A stretch of 64,000 bases of DNA, from NCBI RefSeq assembly GCF_009914755.1, contig NC_060929.1. One strand, 5' to 3'. The translations under genes and the position numbers were made by a program. The DNA is from the human T2T-CHM13v2.0 reference genome, Homo sapiens. Positions 39,184 through 51,620 of the stretch are shown here, piece after piece; within the stretch, counting starts at the first letter, position 1; each line of letters opens with the position of its first letter. The notes beneath the pieces were generated by a model that saw only the letters and a list, made by a program, of their open reading frames with translations, was not told where the DNA came from and did no database searches.

Positions 39184-41072
39184 GTTGTATTGTGATGGTT
39201 GGATTGCAACGCTGTCTAAAATAACAAAGTAACATTTGGTCCTATATAAAACAACTTGCAAAAACGTCATTTTTGTGAGCGTCCCTACCATCCAAAATGG
39301 CACCTTTTTTTAAACATTTCTCTAAAAATGAAACCTGCTTTCCTCCCAATGCTCCCAAACAAAACACAATAAAAAACGAAAGCCAATAACACCATGGCAA
39401 ATGAATAAAGAAACCAATGAATGAATAAGTATATTTGAAACAAATCAAACAACAAGCAAATAAACCCTCTTATGTTCTATTGCCATAACAATTATGCAAT
39501 GTCCCTGGGGTCTCAATCAATATGGAGATTGAATGTCCCTGGAAGCATTGCATTTGTACCTGCTACTCTTGTTCTGCGATGGTACTTGAAGGATCATTTG
39601 TCGCGGGCGCCAGGAATAACAACCAGAGTGCAACAACAATATTAAGGCAATATATCCTGTAGAGCTCAGCAGCTGAACTGATAATAATTGGTTAAGTAAA
39701 CCAGATACTAAATCAAAAAGGATGAAAACAAGTCAAAATGACATGTGAAAATAGAATGTCTTGAGACAGCAAAGTGCAAACCAAATGTTAGTTTGGGGTT
39801 ACATTTTATGGAATACGGAGTATTCACTGCTATTTTAAGATATACTATTTAGAAAGTAAACTAAAGGCATAGATTTGAAACAAATATCTAGGATATGTAA
39901 TAGTTAAGTATTGAGAAGGATTTTGATTCAGAGACACAAAATATAACATTAAAATATTCAATCTGCAAGTTAGATGTTACATACACCACTAGTTTTTTTC
40001 TGAAAAATTATCCCATTATTATACAAATTTCAAAGTTTGCAGATTAGTTAAATAGCTACATTAAGAGTCACAGTTCTCGTTTCCAAAAAAATTGTTGACA
40101 GAGTAAAAAGATGTTAGACACACTTGATAAAATGGATATGACTGTTCTATGATCAATAAAAGCAATTACTGCCAGAATTGTTGATATTTTTCTAAAAATA
40201 GCATTTTAGCAGAATCAAATTTAGCTCATTTAATTGAAAGATAGAAACTTCCTTCTATGTTCTACAATATCCAGCTGAGGAAAACGGTGTCCAGAGATTT
40301 CACATTTTCTAAGTGACAATTAGGGAGCAGCAGAGTTTCCAACAGTATGTGTATGTTGTCTAGCTTTCAAGGCCAGCTATCTCCCATCCAATTTTCTATA
40401 GATATAAATTCACTTACTGAACAACTATTACATTCCTCATAAAATCAACATATTGGTAAGTCTCTGTCAAACTAGTAGTACCTTATATCAGAAGCTAAAT
40501 GAAAGAAAGAGGAGCCTCTCATCGCATTATAGAGCTAGAAATGAAGACTTCTGTTCTACTGTTAAGTGCTACAAGTAAAAATCAGTACAAAATGGAAGTG
40601 AAAAGTCCTAAGCTTTCCAATAAAATTTATTTATTGTCCAGAATTGACCACATATCCATACACCCAAACACTCTATGACAAAATCTGTGAAAACAGTGCT
40701 TGCAATGGAATTCTGGGACAGATACCTGAGTCTTTGTCTCATATCTGGACTTTCTTTTGATCCTATCATCAGGCTGCAAATATCTACTACACATTATAAA
40801 TCTTAATTATCCAGCCATAAAATGTTATTGCACAAAATAATTTCGCAAATTTAAATATTTACTTAGTTTTAAGCAGATTTCAATAGATCATTAAGTTACA
40901 TTCAATCTAATTAAGGAGTCACATGAATTGTATATTTTACATAGTAGATTATGTAATCTGTAATACAACACATAAAATATAGGTTAAATTCAACAATGAA
41001 GATAAATGCGGCTCAAAGAACTTTTAAGATACTCTACAAATGTCACTTTTAAAAAATAGCCGATGTGTGAAG

Positions 41073-41208
41073 CCAGTTATTCATGAAGCCCAAATGCTTC
41101 ACTATTTCACCACAATTGAATAAAATGAGCAAGTAAGTCTGGTTTTGCTACAAATATTTCAATTTGGCATTCTTGACTGATTTAGTAATGGAGGTACGAG
41201 TAATTGGT
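41073..41208 (+). repeat. Copy 1 of a 136-bp local direct duplication
   Basis: Ungapped alignment to 42271-42406, about 14 mismatches. Confidence 0.95.
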
Positions 41209-41620
41209 GTACCTTGAAAATCATCAGTTTAACTAAGTTTAACCACATGTTACTTTTTGCAAAATTGAATGAATTAAGCTCTTTTGTATTTTTTAATTTT
41301 TTTAAATGTATGTCAGACTCAAACGTTAGTTTTGCCTGTCTTTCATCTTAAATTCTGATATTGTTATACTCATTTTCAGCAAATGTATTTAAACACATGT
41401 GAAGTGTTCCTCATGCAGCTCTTCAAACTTTGTTCTTAAGTAAAATTTTTTTTTTGCTGCAGTTGTATGATCAAATGATCCTATGGGAACTGTCACGTTT
41501 TCCATAACTCATTTTTGTCCCACCATTGATTGGTCCAAAAATGGCAACTTGACTCAAAATTAACCAATGATACCATTTTCACCCTACATTAGTACAGATG
41601 ACTTGTTTATGTACAGGTAG

Positions 41621-42078
41621 TATATTATTCAGAGTTTTCCAGGGAAACAGAACCAATAAGACGTGCATTACAGAGGGAGATAGAATGATTTATTTTAAGG
41701 AATTGCCTCATGCAGTTATGGAGACTAGCAACTCTGATGTCTGCAAAGTAGTTCAGCAGGCTGGAGACCCAGGGAGGAACTGATGCTGTTCAAGCCTGAA
41801 GGCTGTCCACTGGCAGAATTATTTATTTTCTAGGGTAGATCAGTCTTTGTTCTATTAAAACCTTTAACTGGTTGAATGAAGCTCACTCACACTGTGGAGG
41901 GCAATCTATTTTGCTCAGTCTCCTGATTTAAATGTTGATCTCATTCAGAAAAAAACAAAAAAACAAAAAAACAAAAAAACAAAAAAAAAAAACACCCTCA
42001 AAGGAAAATTAAGAATGTCTGACCCAATATCTGAGCACCATGGTCCAGTCACGTTGGCACATGAAATTAACCATAAAA
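41621..42078 (-). mobile_element. MLT2B-type ERVL LTR
   Basis: 'ccagggaaacagaaccaataag...tttattttaaggaattgcctcatg...gcaggctggagacccaggg...gagggcaatcta...tggcacatgaaattaaccat'. Internal (A7C)n-like tract at about 41949-41993. Confidence 0.85.
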
Positions 42079-42270
42079 ACACCTTTGTCAATCTGGACTA
42101 GACAGATCTCTAGTCCTGGAACGTAGGTCGAGGAAAAGCTCTAGTCATCTCAGATGTCCAAGATAAGAGAGGTTGTACTTGTTTGGTTGTATGAATAAGG
42201 TATTCTGAGATTTAAAAAAAATTGATATCCCCAAAATAGTAAAAATGAACAACTGGAAAAGTCCCCACTT

Positions 42271-42406
42271 CCAATTATTCATGAAGCTCAAATGTTTCAC
42301 TATTACACCACAATTGAATTAAACAAGCAAATAAATCTGTTTTTGTTACAAATATTTCAATTTGGCATTCCTGACTGATTTACTAATGGAGGTAAGAGTA
42401 ATTGGT
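42271..42406 (+). repeat. Copy 2 of the 136-bp local direct duplication
   Basis: About 90% identical to 41073-41208. Confidence 0.95.
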
Positions 42407-42992
42407 TGAGAGGAAGAATAACGAAGAAAGTCAAAGGCCTTCTTGTGTAGTATGTGCTTAAAGAAAAACAAGCAATAAAATTAAGCCACTAATACATTAC
42501 CAATTTTTTACCTCTTTGTTATGGAAAGTACACATCTGGCTTTTCAGTTGAGTAAATAAGCTTTCTTTACTCTGTAGTATCATTTTATTTCTAGAAGCAC
42601 TGGGGTACAAGAAGATGCAAAGGGAGCTGTTTTTATTGTTGGTCCTTAATTCATGAAAAAATGTAAGCATAGAAAGTCAACCTTAAGAACTTGTGATTTT
42701 CCTTCCTAATTTTCCTGATGTCCATGTTATTGTTGTCACTTATCAAGCTTCTACTCCCTTTACCAACGGAAATCTAACATGGCTAAACTTCTGTAATAGT
42801 GTTTCTTAATAAAACTCTCTGAATTACTATGTTCTGAATCTGATCGATCAAACTATGTGAATAAGGAAAAGATGCTGATAGTTTAATTCAGCATTTCTCA
42901 AGGTTTCTTTTAAATGGAACTCATTTGAAGGAAGATATTCTGTTACTAACCATGAATGATTTAGGCAATTTTCATTTAAAATGTTAACCTTA

Positions 42993-43308
<316 letters not shown>

Positions 43309-43388
43309 TTAAATTTAAATTATTATATAATTATTAATTCATTATGCTCATAAATTTTATACAACCATAATGATAAAAATACAAAACA

Positions 43389-43685
43389 GACCGGGCGCGG
43401 TGGCTCACGCCTGTAATTCCAGCACTTTGGGAGGCCGAGGCGGGCGGATCACGAGGTCAGGAGATCGAGACCATCCTGGCTAACACGGTGAAACCCCGTC
43501 TCTACCAAAAATACAAAAAATTAGCCGGGCGAGGTGGCGGGCGCCTGTAGTCCCAGCTACTCGGGAGGCTGAGGCAGGAGAATGGCGTGAACCCCAGGGG
43601 GCGGAGCCTGCAGTGAGCCGAGATTGCGCCACTGCACTCCAGCCTGGGCGACAGCGAGACTCCGTCTCAAAAAAAAAAAAAAAAA
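43389..43685 (+). mobile_element. Young AluY, AluYe5-like
   Basis: CpG-rich. Y diagnostics 'gagatcgagaccatcctggctaacacgg'; Ye-type 'ggcgaggtgg', 'gaaccccagggggcggagcctgcag', 'gcgacagcgagac'. Pure A run and perfect TSD AAAAATACAAAACA (43375-43388, 43686-43699). Confidence 0.93.
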
Positions 43686-43843
43686 AAAAATACAAAACAA
43701 ATAAAAATACGACTATAAAACCAACTAAGTTGAAATTAAAAATAACCTAATGGGATGTACAATGTGTAATGAGGAATTTTAGTCACATTATGGCTGTGGC
43801 ATTTGATATTGCCTGCTAAGATACAAGTGATAAGGTTTGGTAA

Positions 43844-44228
43844 TCTCACAGTTCTTCACGCTAGAGGTCAGAGATCAAGGTGCTAATAGGGTTGATTCCT
43901 TCTGAGGGCTTCAAAGAAGACTCTGCTCTAGGACTCTCCTGTAGCTTCCAAGAGTTTATGGCAATCCTTAGTGATCCCTGGCTTACAGATCTCTGCCTTC
44001 ATCTTCACATGGTGTTTTCCTGTGTCTGTGTCTCTTTGTCCAAATTTCTGCTTTTTATAAGGATACCAGTTGTTACATTGAATTAGGGCTCACCTTAATG
44101 ACTTTACCTTAACTTAACTAATCCTATCTTTAATGACTTTGTTTCCAGATAAGATCACATTTCCAGGGTACTGAGTTATGTCTTCAACTTGGATGTCGGG
44201 GAGGGGGATACAACTCAACTGATTACCA
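43844..44228 (-). mobile_element. MLT1C-like MaLR LTR
   Basis: 'tctcacagttct...gatcaaggtg...ttccttctgagggct...tctctgccttcatcttcacatgg...ttataaggatacca...gataagatcacatt'. Confidence 0.8.
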
Positions 44229-44562
44229 TATATCTCTATAAGCTTGGACCGGGTGAATAAATTCTCCCCTACTTTATATGAACTTCTCTGAAACCTTCAT
44301 TCATACATTATGTCATGAAATTTTTCTCTCATTTTCTTTTTTTCAACTTTATATTAGCACCTCTTTGTATAATTTGTCACCTAGTCACTGAAACCATGAG
44401 GTAGCCAAGAAGTGTAAAGTTACTATCCATGTCTAGAACATGCTTAAGCACATTTTTAAACATATCATGTTTAAAAAGATGATAAAACTTTTTTAAAAAA
44501 CAGAAAATTTATTGTTGAAGCTCATGCATAAACTCTAGGTTGAGAAATACTGGTTTAATGTG

Positions 44563-45001
44563 TGTAGCAGATGACTTGTGGTCCCGCCCAAATCTCCTTG
44601 GCACTCACAGTTTGACAGCTTCTTACTGCAAACACCTGTGACTCCCTGTCTGAAGGCATTCTTTGGCTATTACATTTTTCTCAGTCTGTGGGCAGGGGTC
44701 AAGGCAAAAGTGCAAACATTTTAAAGCCCTCATGAGTAGTATAAAACCAGTTGATGGATGGAGTTGATGAATGGGGATCACACTTTGGGTGGAATAACTT
44801 GGAAGCATATCCCAATGGGATTGGATCTCAGTTACTCACAGTGTTAACTTGCTCATTCATGCACCTGTTTTGACTTCCTTTCTTTTTCTGTCTCATATTC
44901 CTGTGCTCCTACCAGCACTTCTTGGGATGACCTACCAAACAAAGTGCTTGTACCCTATTCCCATTTCAGGTTATGCTTCTGTGGGAAACCAGCATAAAAT
45001 A
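44563..45001 (+). mobile_element. LTR16-family ERVL LTR
   Basis: 'tgtagcagatg...cccgcccaaatctccttggcactcac...cagttactcacagtgttaacttgctcatt...ttgggatgacctaccaaacaaa...tgcttctgtgggaaacca'. Confidence 0.75.
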
Positions 45002-47846
45002 ATATGTTAGCTATAGCTAGAAGAACACATTGTAATAAAGACACTCTTGAGCTAGCTCAGCTAAAGAAATGATTTTGCTTTAGGAAAGCTACACGAAATG
45101 AGTAAAAGTTCTGTAAATTCCAATTATAAACTGTTTTTCAAATCTAGTCTTTCTCTCATTCCCATGATCCTACTTTTAGAATTTCAACATCTCTCATAGT
45201 CTCAAGGAATATCATTCTGACTCCACTCTTCCCTTTCTAATACATATCGCAAAATGACACTGCATTCAGCTCTATTAAAGGTCCCATTTCCTAGCACACT
45301 TTGACATACGACCTTTGCTCTAGTAATAAGCATGACAACAACAAAAGCACTGGAAGCTCCTCTGAAATAATTGATCCTTTCATGTCTCTCTGCCCCATTT
45401 GTGCTTTTTCTGCTGCCTGTAATTTTCCAGGGGAATGTCTGACAATTTCCAGACAAAGGATACCTCCTTTATTTTCTGTCACCTGTCTATCATGCCCATT
45501 ACACATAGCTAGGATTCTGATTTATTGGTGATATAATTTTATGACTGTGCCGTTATTATCACATATCAAAATATTATAAATATTTTCATATTTTTAAATC
45601 TGCCATATGTTAAACACCTTGAGGAATATAATATTCATCTCCACATTTCCTACACCAGGTTGATAGGGTGTCATTAAAATATTTAATAAATGACGAGGCA
45701 TTGTTGTAACTTGTTGTAATGTTCAAGATTCCATGTTTATCCTGAAATTTTGGTCAGTATGGTAAAATATCTCAGTGAAGATATTCTCACAAAATATTAG
45801 GGTGAGTAGCCAAGTAAAAATTCATCCTTATCTCTCAAACTTCAATTATACACTTTTTCTGCTGTACTGTTTGACACAGCCTCCTTGAAGCCAATTCAAA
45901 ACTGACTTTTGACACGTTTTCCCTTGCTGAATGGCAAACAATCACATCATCATAGGTTCCTAGAGATGGGGAAGTATACTCTGGCTACTTCAGAGTAGTG
46001 AAAGTTTGTTGCTTATATTCAGGGGTAATTGAGAAGAGGAGAAAGCTATCTTAGCAGTTTCACCATCAGCCTTTGGAAAGAAGTAAATATTTTTCACTTT
46101 GTTGGCAATGCGGTAGCTGACTCAACACTTTTCAGCCTGCATTTTCATTCTAATCAGGTTAATGTGAATCCCCGTTCTTTGCCTGTTTCTTAAATATCAA
46201 TATTTTCTGATGATCTTCCTCATTTAGTTTCCCATCTTTATTTACCTATTTCCAAACTAACTCATCCATGATTTGCTTTAGTTCCAGGTATATGTAAGTA
46301 GCACAGATATGTCTCTGAACCATATTCATGGCTCTGGGTGCATATTTTATTTTTAAAATATTTTTAAACATAATTTACTGTGGAAATCATCCCATATTTT
46401 GCCATCCTAACAAAATTATTATCCGTGCTTGAAAGTTCCCTTTCATTTTTTAACATATGTTTATACATATTATATAGGTTTAAGTAATGATGCATTTACA
46501 GTTTAAAGACTGATGTTTACTTGATAATATATCATACTTACTTGCTATTTTAAAAACTTCATAAATTATAACAGCATGATAAACCATTTAGAGAATCAGT
46601 ATACTATAATTTACCATTCCTTTATTGTTGGATGTATTGGCTGTCCTCAAAAGTTTCATGTAATATTTTAAGGATCATTTGCATAGTTAGATTTTCTGTC
46701 TGGCTTTTATTTTTGCAGATTAAAAAAATCTCATAATCAAGACTGAATTAAAGAATGAGTACAATCAAAGTGCGTGGTTCAATAGCTTTGATAAATATTC
46801 TAAAAAATATTTCATAAAAATTATTAAGGCATATACCTTTTGTTGCCATTTTTATCTCACCATGCATTCATGTATAAAATTACTTTAGCTTATGAAAAGA
46901 AATAAAATTGTGCTAGTATTTTCAATTACATTTATTTGAATCATTTTAACAAGTTGAGGATTGTTTCATTATCTGTTTAGTAGATAACTCTCTCTGTTTT
47001 TGCACCATTCTTTCATGTACATTGCTTTTATTTGTTGGCAGACTATTAGTGCTAATTCAATTTTAAATGTGTTCTCTTAGAAGTACTTTAATCCATATTG
47101 GTTAGAGTTTTTTAATCCCTCACATAATTATGATTATATTATATATACCTCTGCCTTCTTTTTTACATGTTGACATGAATAAATGCACATTATTATAAAG
47201 CACTTAGAAATATTATTTTAATTGTTGGCTGCAAATAGGACATAATTTACCTATCTGTTGTTCAGTTGTTGTCCACTAAAATTATTTTTGCTTTTCCTAA
47301 GACAAACAATATGGTGAGAAATACATTTATGCAGACAGCCTTTCTAATATTTTTAGATTACTTTCTTTAGAGAAAGACTAATATTTGTGTGCTGTGTACA
47401 CTGATTGGCCCATAATAGTGTCCCAATACATATTTTTAAATAAATACATGTTTGAATTGAATTTCCAGAATATATAAGGTAATTTTCTTTGTCTACCCCT
47501 ACTAGATCATGCCTAAGGTATTGATCACAGTTCTTGATCATATCTTAAGAGGTAGATCAACAAACTTTGATAAATAGGTCAACAAGCTTTGATTCTTCCT
47601 TCTTTTAGGATACTGAAAAGATTTTAAATTTGAATATATTAATTCAATTTGAAAATTAGGCCTAGAAATATAAGATTGTGGAAAGACCCATTAAAATCTG
47701 TCTTTGAACACTTTGCAGCTTGTCTTAAGGGCAATGCATTCTATGCAGTTCTGAGGGCTTTTGCTCATGATGTAGTCATTTCATATTAGTCTTGCCACCA
47801 ATTCAAATCCATAACGTTAATTTTGTTAATGATTCATCTCCCCCAT

Positions 47847-48185
47847 TGCTATGAACTGAATAACTGTGCCCCCCAAAATGCATATTTTGAAACTCTAATT
47901 TCCAATATTTGGGAGTATTGGGAAGTAATTAGGTAATGGGGGTAAAAACCTTTCCGACAGGGATTAGTATCCTTAAAGAGCCAAGGAGACGATTTCTCTC
48001 CCTGCTGTAGGAGTATGTAGCCAGAAAGCCTCCACCCGTAAACCAGGAAAAAGCCCCTCACCAGGAAATGTGTGGGCCACCACCTTGATCTTAGACTTCC
48101 CTGCTTTCAGAACTATGATAAATAAATGTCTGTTATTTAAGTCACCCAGTCTGTGGTGCATATTGTAGCAGCCAGAACTAAGACA
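47847..48185 (+). mobile_element. MLT1A-type MaLR solo LTR
   Basis: Runs from 'tgctatgaactgaat' to 'gaactaagaca'. Perfect 5-bp TSD CCCAT at 47842-47846 and 48186-48190. Confidence 0.9.
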
Positions 48186-50926
48186 CCCATGCTGTTAGAT
48201 TTGTGGAAAAAAAATCAGACCAAGATTAGTCCTTTTCATTTAATATTTTGAAATGCCACCTCATTGTTACTTATCTTTTCATGTCATTGACATCATTTTA
48301 TATTCCGACTCTCTTTTGTAAAATAATGGTTAGCTCTCATGTCTTTTGTGTCCTCTGCACATTCAATGAGGAAGGCCTCAATTTCTTTCTGTGAATATTA
48401 ACTACAGATGCCTGCTCCCATGTCATGTCACCACCTGAAGTATTTATAGGTGGGTCATCAGGAATCCATGAAACAGCAACTTTTATAAGAAATGTTTCAA
48501 TAAACTACAAATCCACTGAATTCTGCCACCATACCTGTCATGATTTTTTTCTTATTCGTAATTTTTTGAAAGCACTCATTATTTTGCTTAAAATTATTTC
48601 ATCCAATTATACATAATAGCATATGAAAAAACCTCACATTTATTTGAAATTAATCTCTCTCATTGAAATTCACTGGTCTAAACATTAACAATAATTATAA
48701 ATACAATAAAACAATAATTACAACAAAAATCATAACAAATAGCTATAAAATAGCCATATAGTTATCTGTATCCACTAGTCTATGATTTAAAATATTGCTG
48801 GACTGTCACGATAAACTAAATCTTACATTCCCTCACCATTTCACCACGTATTAATTTGAGTCTTAGGTGCAGGGATGAAGGATGGGTGAGAAAGAGAGTG
48901 AAAGGTATTTACTATTCACATCAATTCTTTGGGGAGGATGTAGATGCGGTTTCCTTGGCATGACACCCTCCTTCATGCATATGTATTACTCTATCATATT
49001 GACAAATAGAAACATATGTTCCTCTAACATTAACTAAAGTATTGCATAATATTAAAGGACCAAAGCACCACAGATGCTAAGAAAAAACCATCTGAATATT
49101 ACACAGCTTCTTCTAGAATTCTACCAACTTTTGTGTGAGTCTATTGTACCTAGGTAATCACAGCCATATTCAGAATACAGTTTATAATTTGTCTTCTTTA
49201 AAAATTGAGAACACCACCTGTTTTCATTCTGTTCAGGAAAAAAAAAAAAGGTTTGATAGGATTAGGAAACACATCCAGTCTTTGTTTTAGCTGGCCCATT
49301 TTGAAAATTGAGGTCATGGATGATGGCTTCCTGAGTGGGGCAGCAAAAGCAATGGTAATGGGGAAACATTAAAAAGATTCAGATGTGTGGTTCTAAGAGG
49401 CATTCACAAATGTGTGAGCGCATTGACATGCTTGATTATGCAAAAGCTGAGCTGTGCAAATCATAATAATAAGCTTTCTCATTAGATTTCCTGCATTTTC
49501 TGCTTCTTGATCAGCCAGAAATATGGCCAAGTGTTCCCGTTCTTTTGAAATTTCCCATTTACACTTGTTTTAACTACTCAGAGAAAAATAGGGAAATAGA
49601 GCAGTGAAATGAGATTTTAATTAAAGGGGAAAGACGTTAAAATTTCATAAAACTAAAATATGTGTGCACTTTGGTTATAGTTAGCTTGAAAACAAAATTT
49701 TACTTGGCACTCACAGAAGTTAAATCAGTTTACAAGTCAATAACTAAGTAAAATAATGTAGTGCAATTATTTTAAAAGCAAACCTAAATGGGATAATTTT
49801 GGAAGTCTAATTGAATCTTTTATTTCACAAAGACAGGTTTTATTCAAAGAATCAGGGTCATCAAGAGTATAATAATAAAAGAGAATTAGTTGAAAGAAAT
49901 GGCAAGACTAAAAACATTTTGCAGTTTTAACATATGTTCACGTATTCAAAATCATTTTACAATTTCACAATGTTAGACTACCATTTTGAGCTGAAATGAT
50001 TAAATATAGTTACTTATACAAAAACCAAAAATAAAATGAGGAGCTCATTCAACATGACTAATGCTATCTTTATACTTTGATGCATCAGTGTCTTGTAGAC
50101 AAACAATATATTAGAATAATTTTGTACAACAACTATTGCGTTTATTAGGCTTCTCAATTTAGTATTAATGAAGTCAATGACCAGGAGAAGCCACAAAGAT
50201 TCTCAATTTAAGTTTTATGCTTGACATTGCATAATTTAGCAAATCAAAATATTTTCACCTGTAGTAGATAAAAGCAGAGCAATTTTTTCCTTTTATATAT
50301 TTGGAGGTAAATGCTAATTTGCTTGATTCACACAAGATATTTAAAATTATGCTTCATATATTATTTATGTGACTGTTACCATGAAAGAGAATTTAAATAG
50401 GAGAGAGGAGTAGGAAGTAATTTAAAGATCCATTTTGAACTTCAAAATTTGATGTTATAGAGGCAACAACCTCCAGACTTATCAGGCTCAAGAAAATGGA
50501 TATTTAAAGCCTCATCTTCACTGCTTCATTAATGAGCAAGAACAAACACATACCATAAGGAAATGGACACTCCAGTGTCAAAAATCTGACTGGTGTCTAG
50601 AGTTTACTTCCAATTATCTCCTATGACCTGCTTCTGTGCCCCAAGTTTGGTCACCAGAGCCACTCACATATTTCAAACATCAGTTGTGCGTCTATTTAGA
50701 ATATTAACAACATTCAGTTACTTTTTTAAGTCTCTCTAAGCCCATGGTGTCATCTAGTTTGCATTCTCCATGGCTTAAATATGTATTCGACTTTCCTGTA
50801 TCTTACACTTTCACTCCCTGAATTTCATTGTTCATTCTCTGAACTCTTACAACATGCTCATGTGGAAACCATACAGGAATCCACTCAGAAAAAATCACAT
50901 AGGAAAGATAACACTCAGGAAAACAT

Positions 50927-51140
50927 CCCCTGTCCCTCTCCTCTCTCCCTGTCCCTCTCCTCCCTCTCTCCCTGTCCCTCTCCTCCCTCTCTCTCTGTCC
51001 CTCTCCTCCCTCTCTCCCTGTCCCCCTCCTCTCTCTCTCCCTGCCCCCTCCTTCCTTTCTCCCTGTCTCTCTCCTCCTTCTCCCTCTGTCCCCCTCCTCC
51101 CTCTCTCTCTGTCCCCCTCCTCCCTCTCTCCCTGTTCCTT
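50927..51140. repeat. Pyrimidine-rich minisatellite, unit about CCCTGTCCCTCTCCTCCCTCTCT (about 21-25 nt, about 9 copies)
   Basis: Repeating CTGTCC anchors separated by C/T-only spacers. Confidence 0.9.
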
Positions 51141-51390
51141 AGCTTGAAATAGTATAAAATGTAGAAAACCTCCCATACCTTGAAAGCTCACTTCAACTGC
51201 TTTCTGCCCAACTTAACATTTTAAACATGTTTTGATAATACATACAAATTTAAGAAACTCCAAGAAGCCTCAGAAAAACCCTTAGAGATTACCTTGGCTC
51301 ATGGGCCTCAAAAATAAGAAATTAAGTTTTTCAATGGCATAGCCATTACAAGTTTTATCTTAAATTTGTTACAATTGAAGAATACATTAA

Positions 51391-51620
<230 letters not shown>

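Noticed and set aside
39596-39613. TGGCGCCCG on the - strand resembling a tRNA-Lys primer-binding site
   Set aside because: Only 9 nt match and there is no adjacent LTR end.
50781-51191. Pro/Ser/Leu-rich and Gly/Glu/Arg-rich ORFs
   Set aside because: Translation of the stop-free CT minisatellite.
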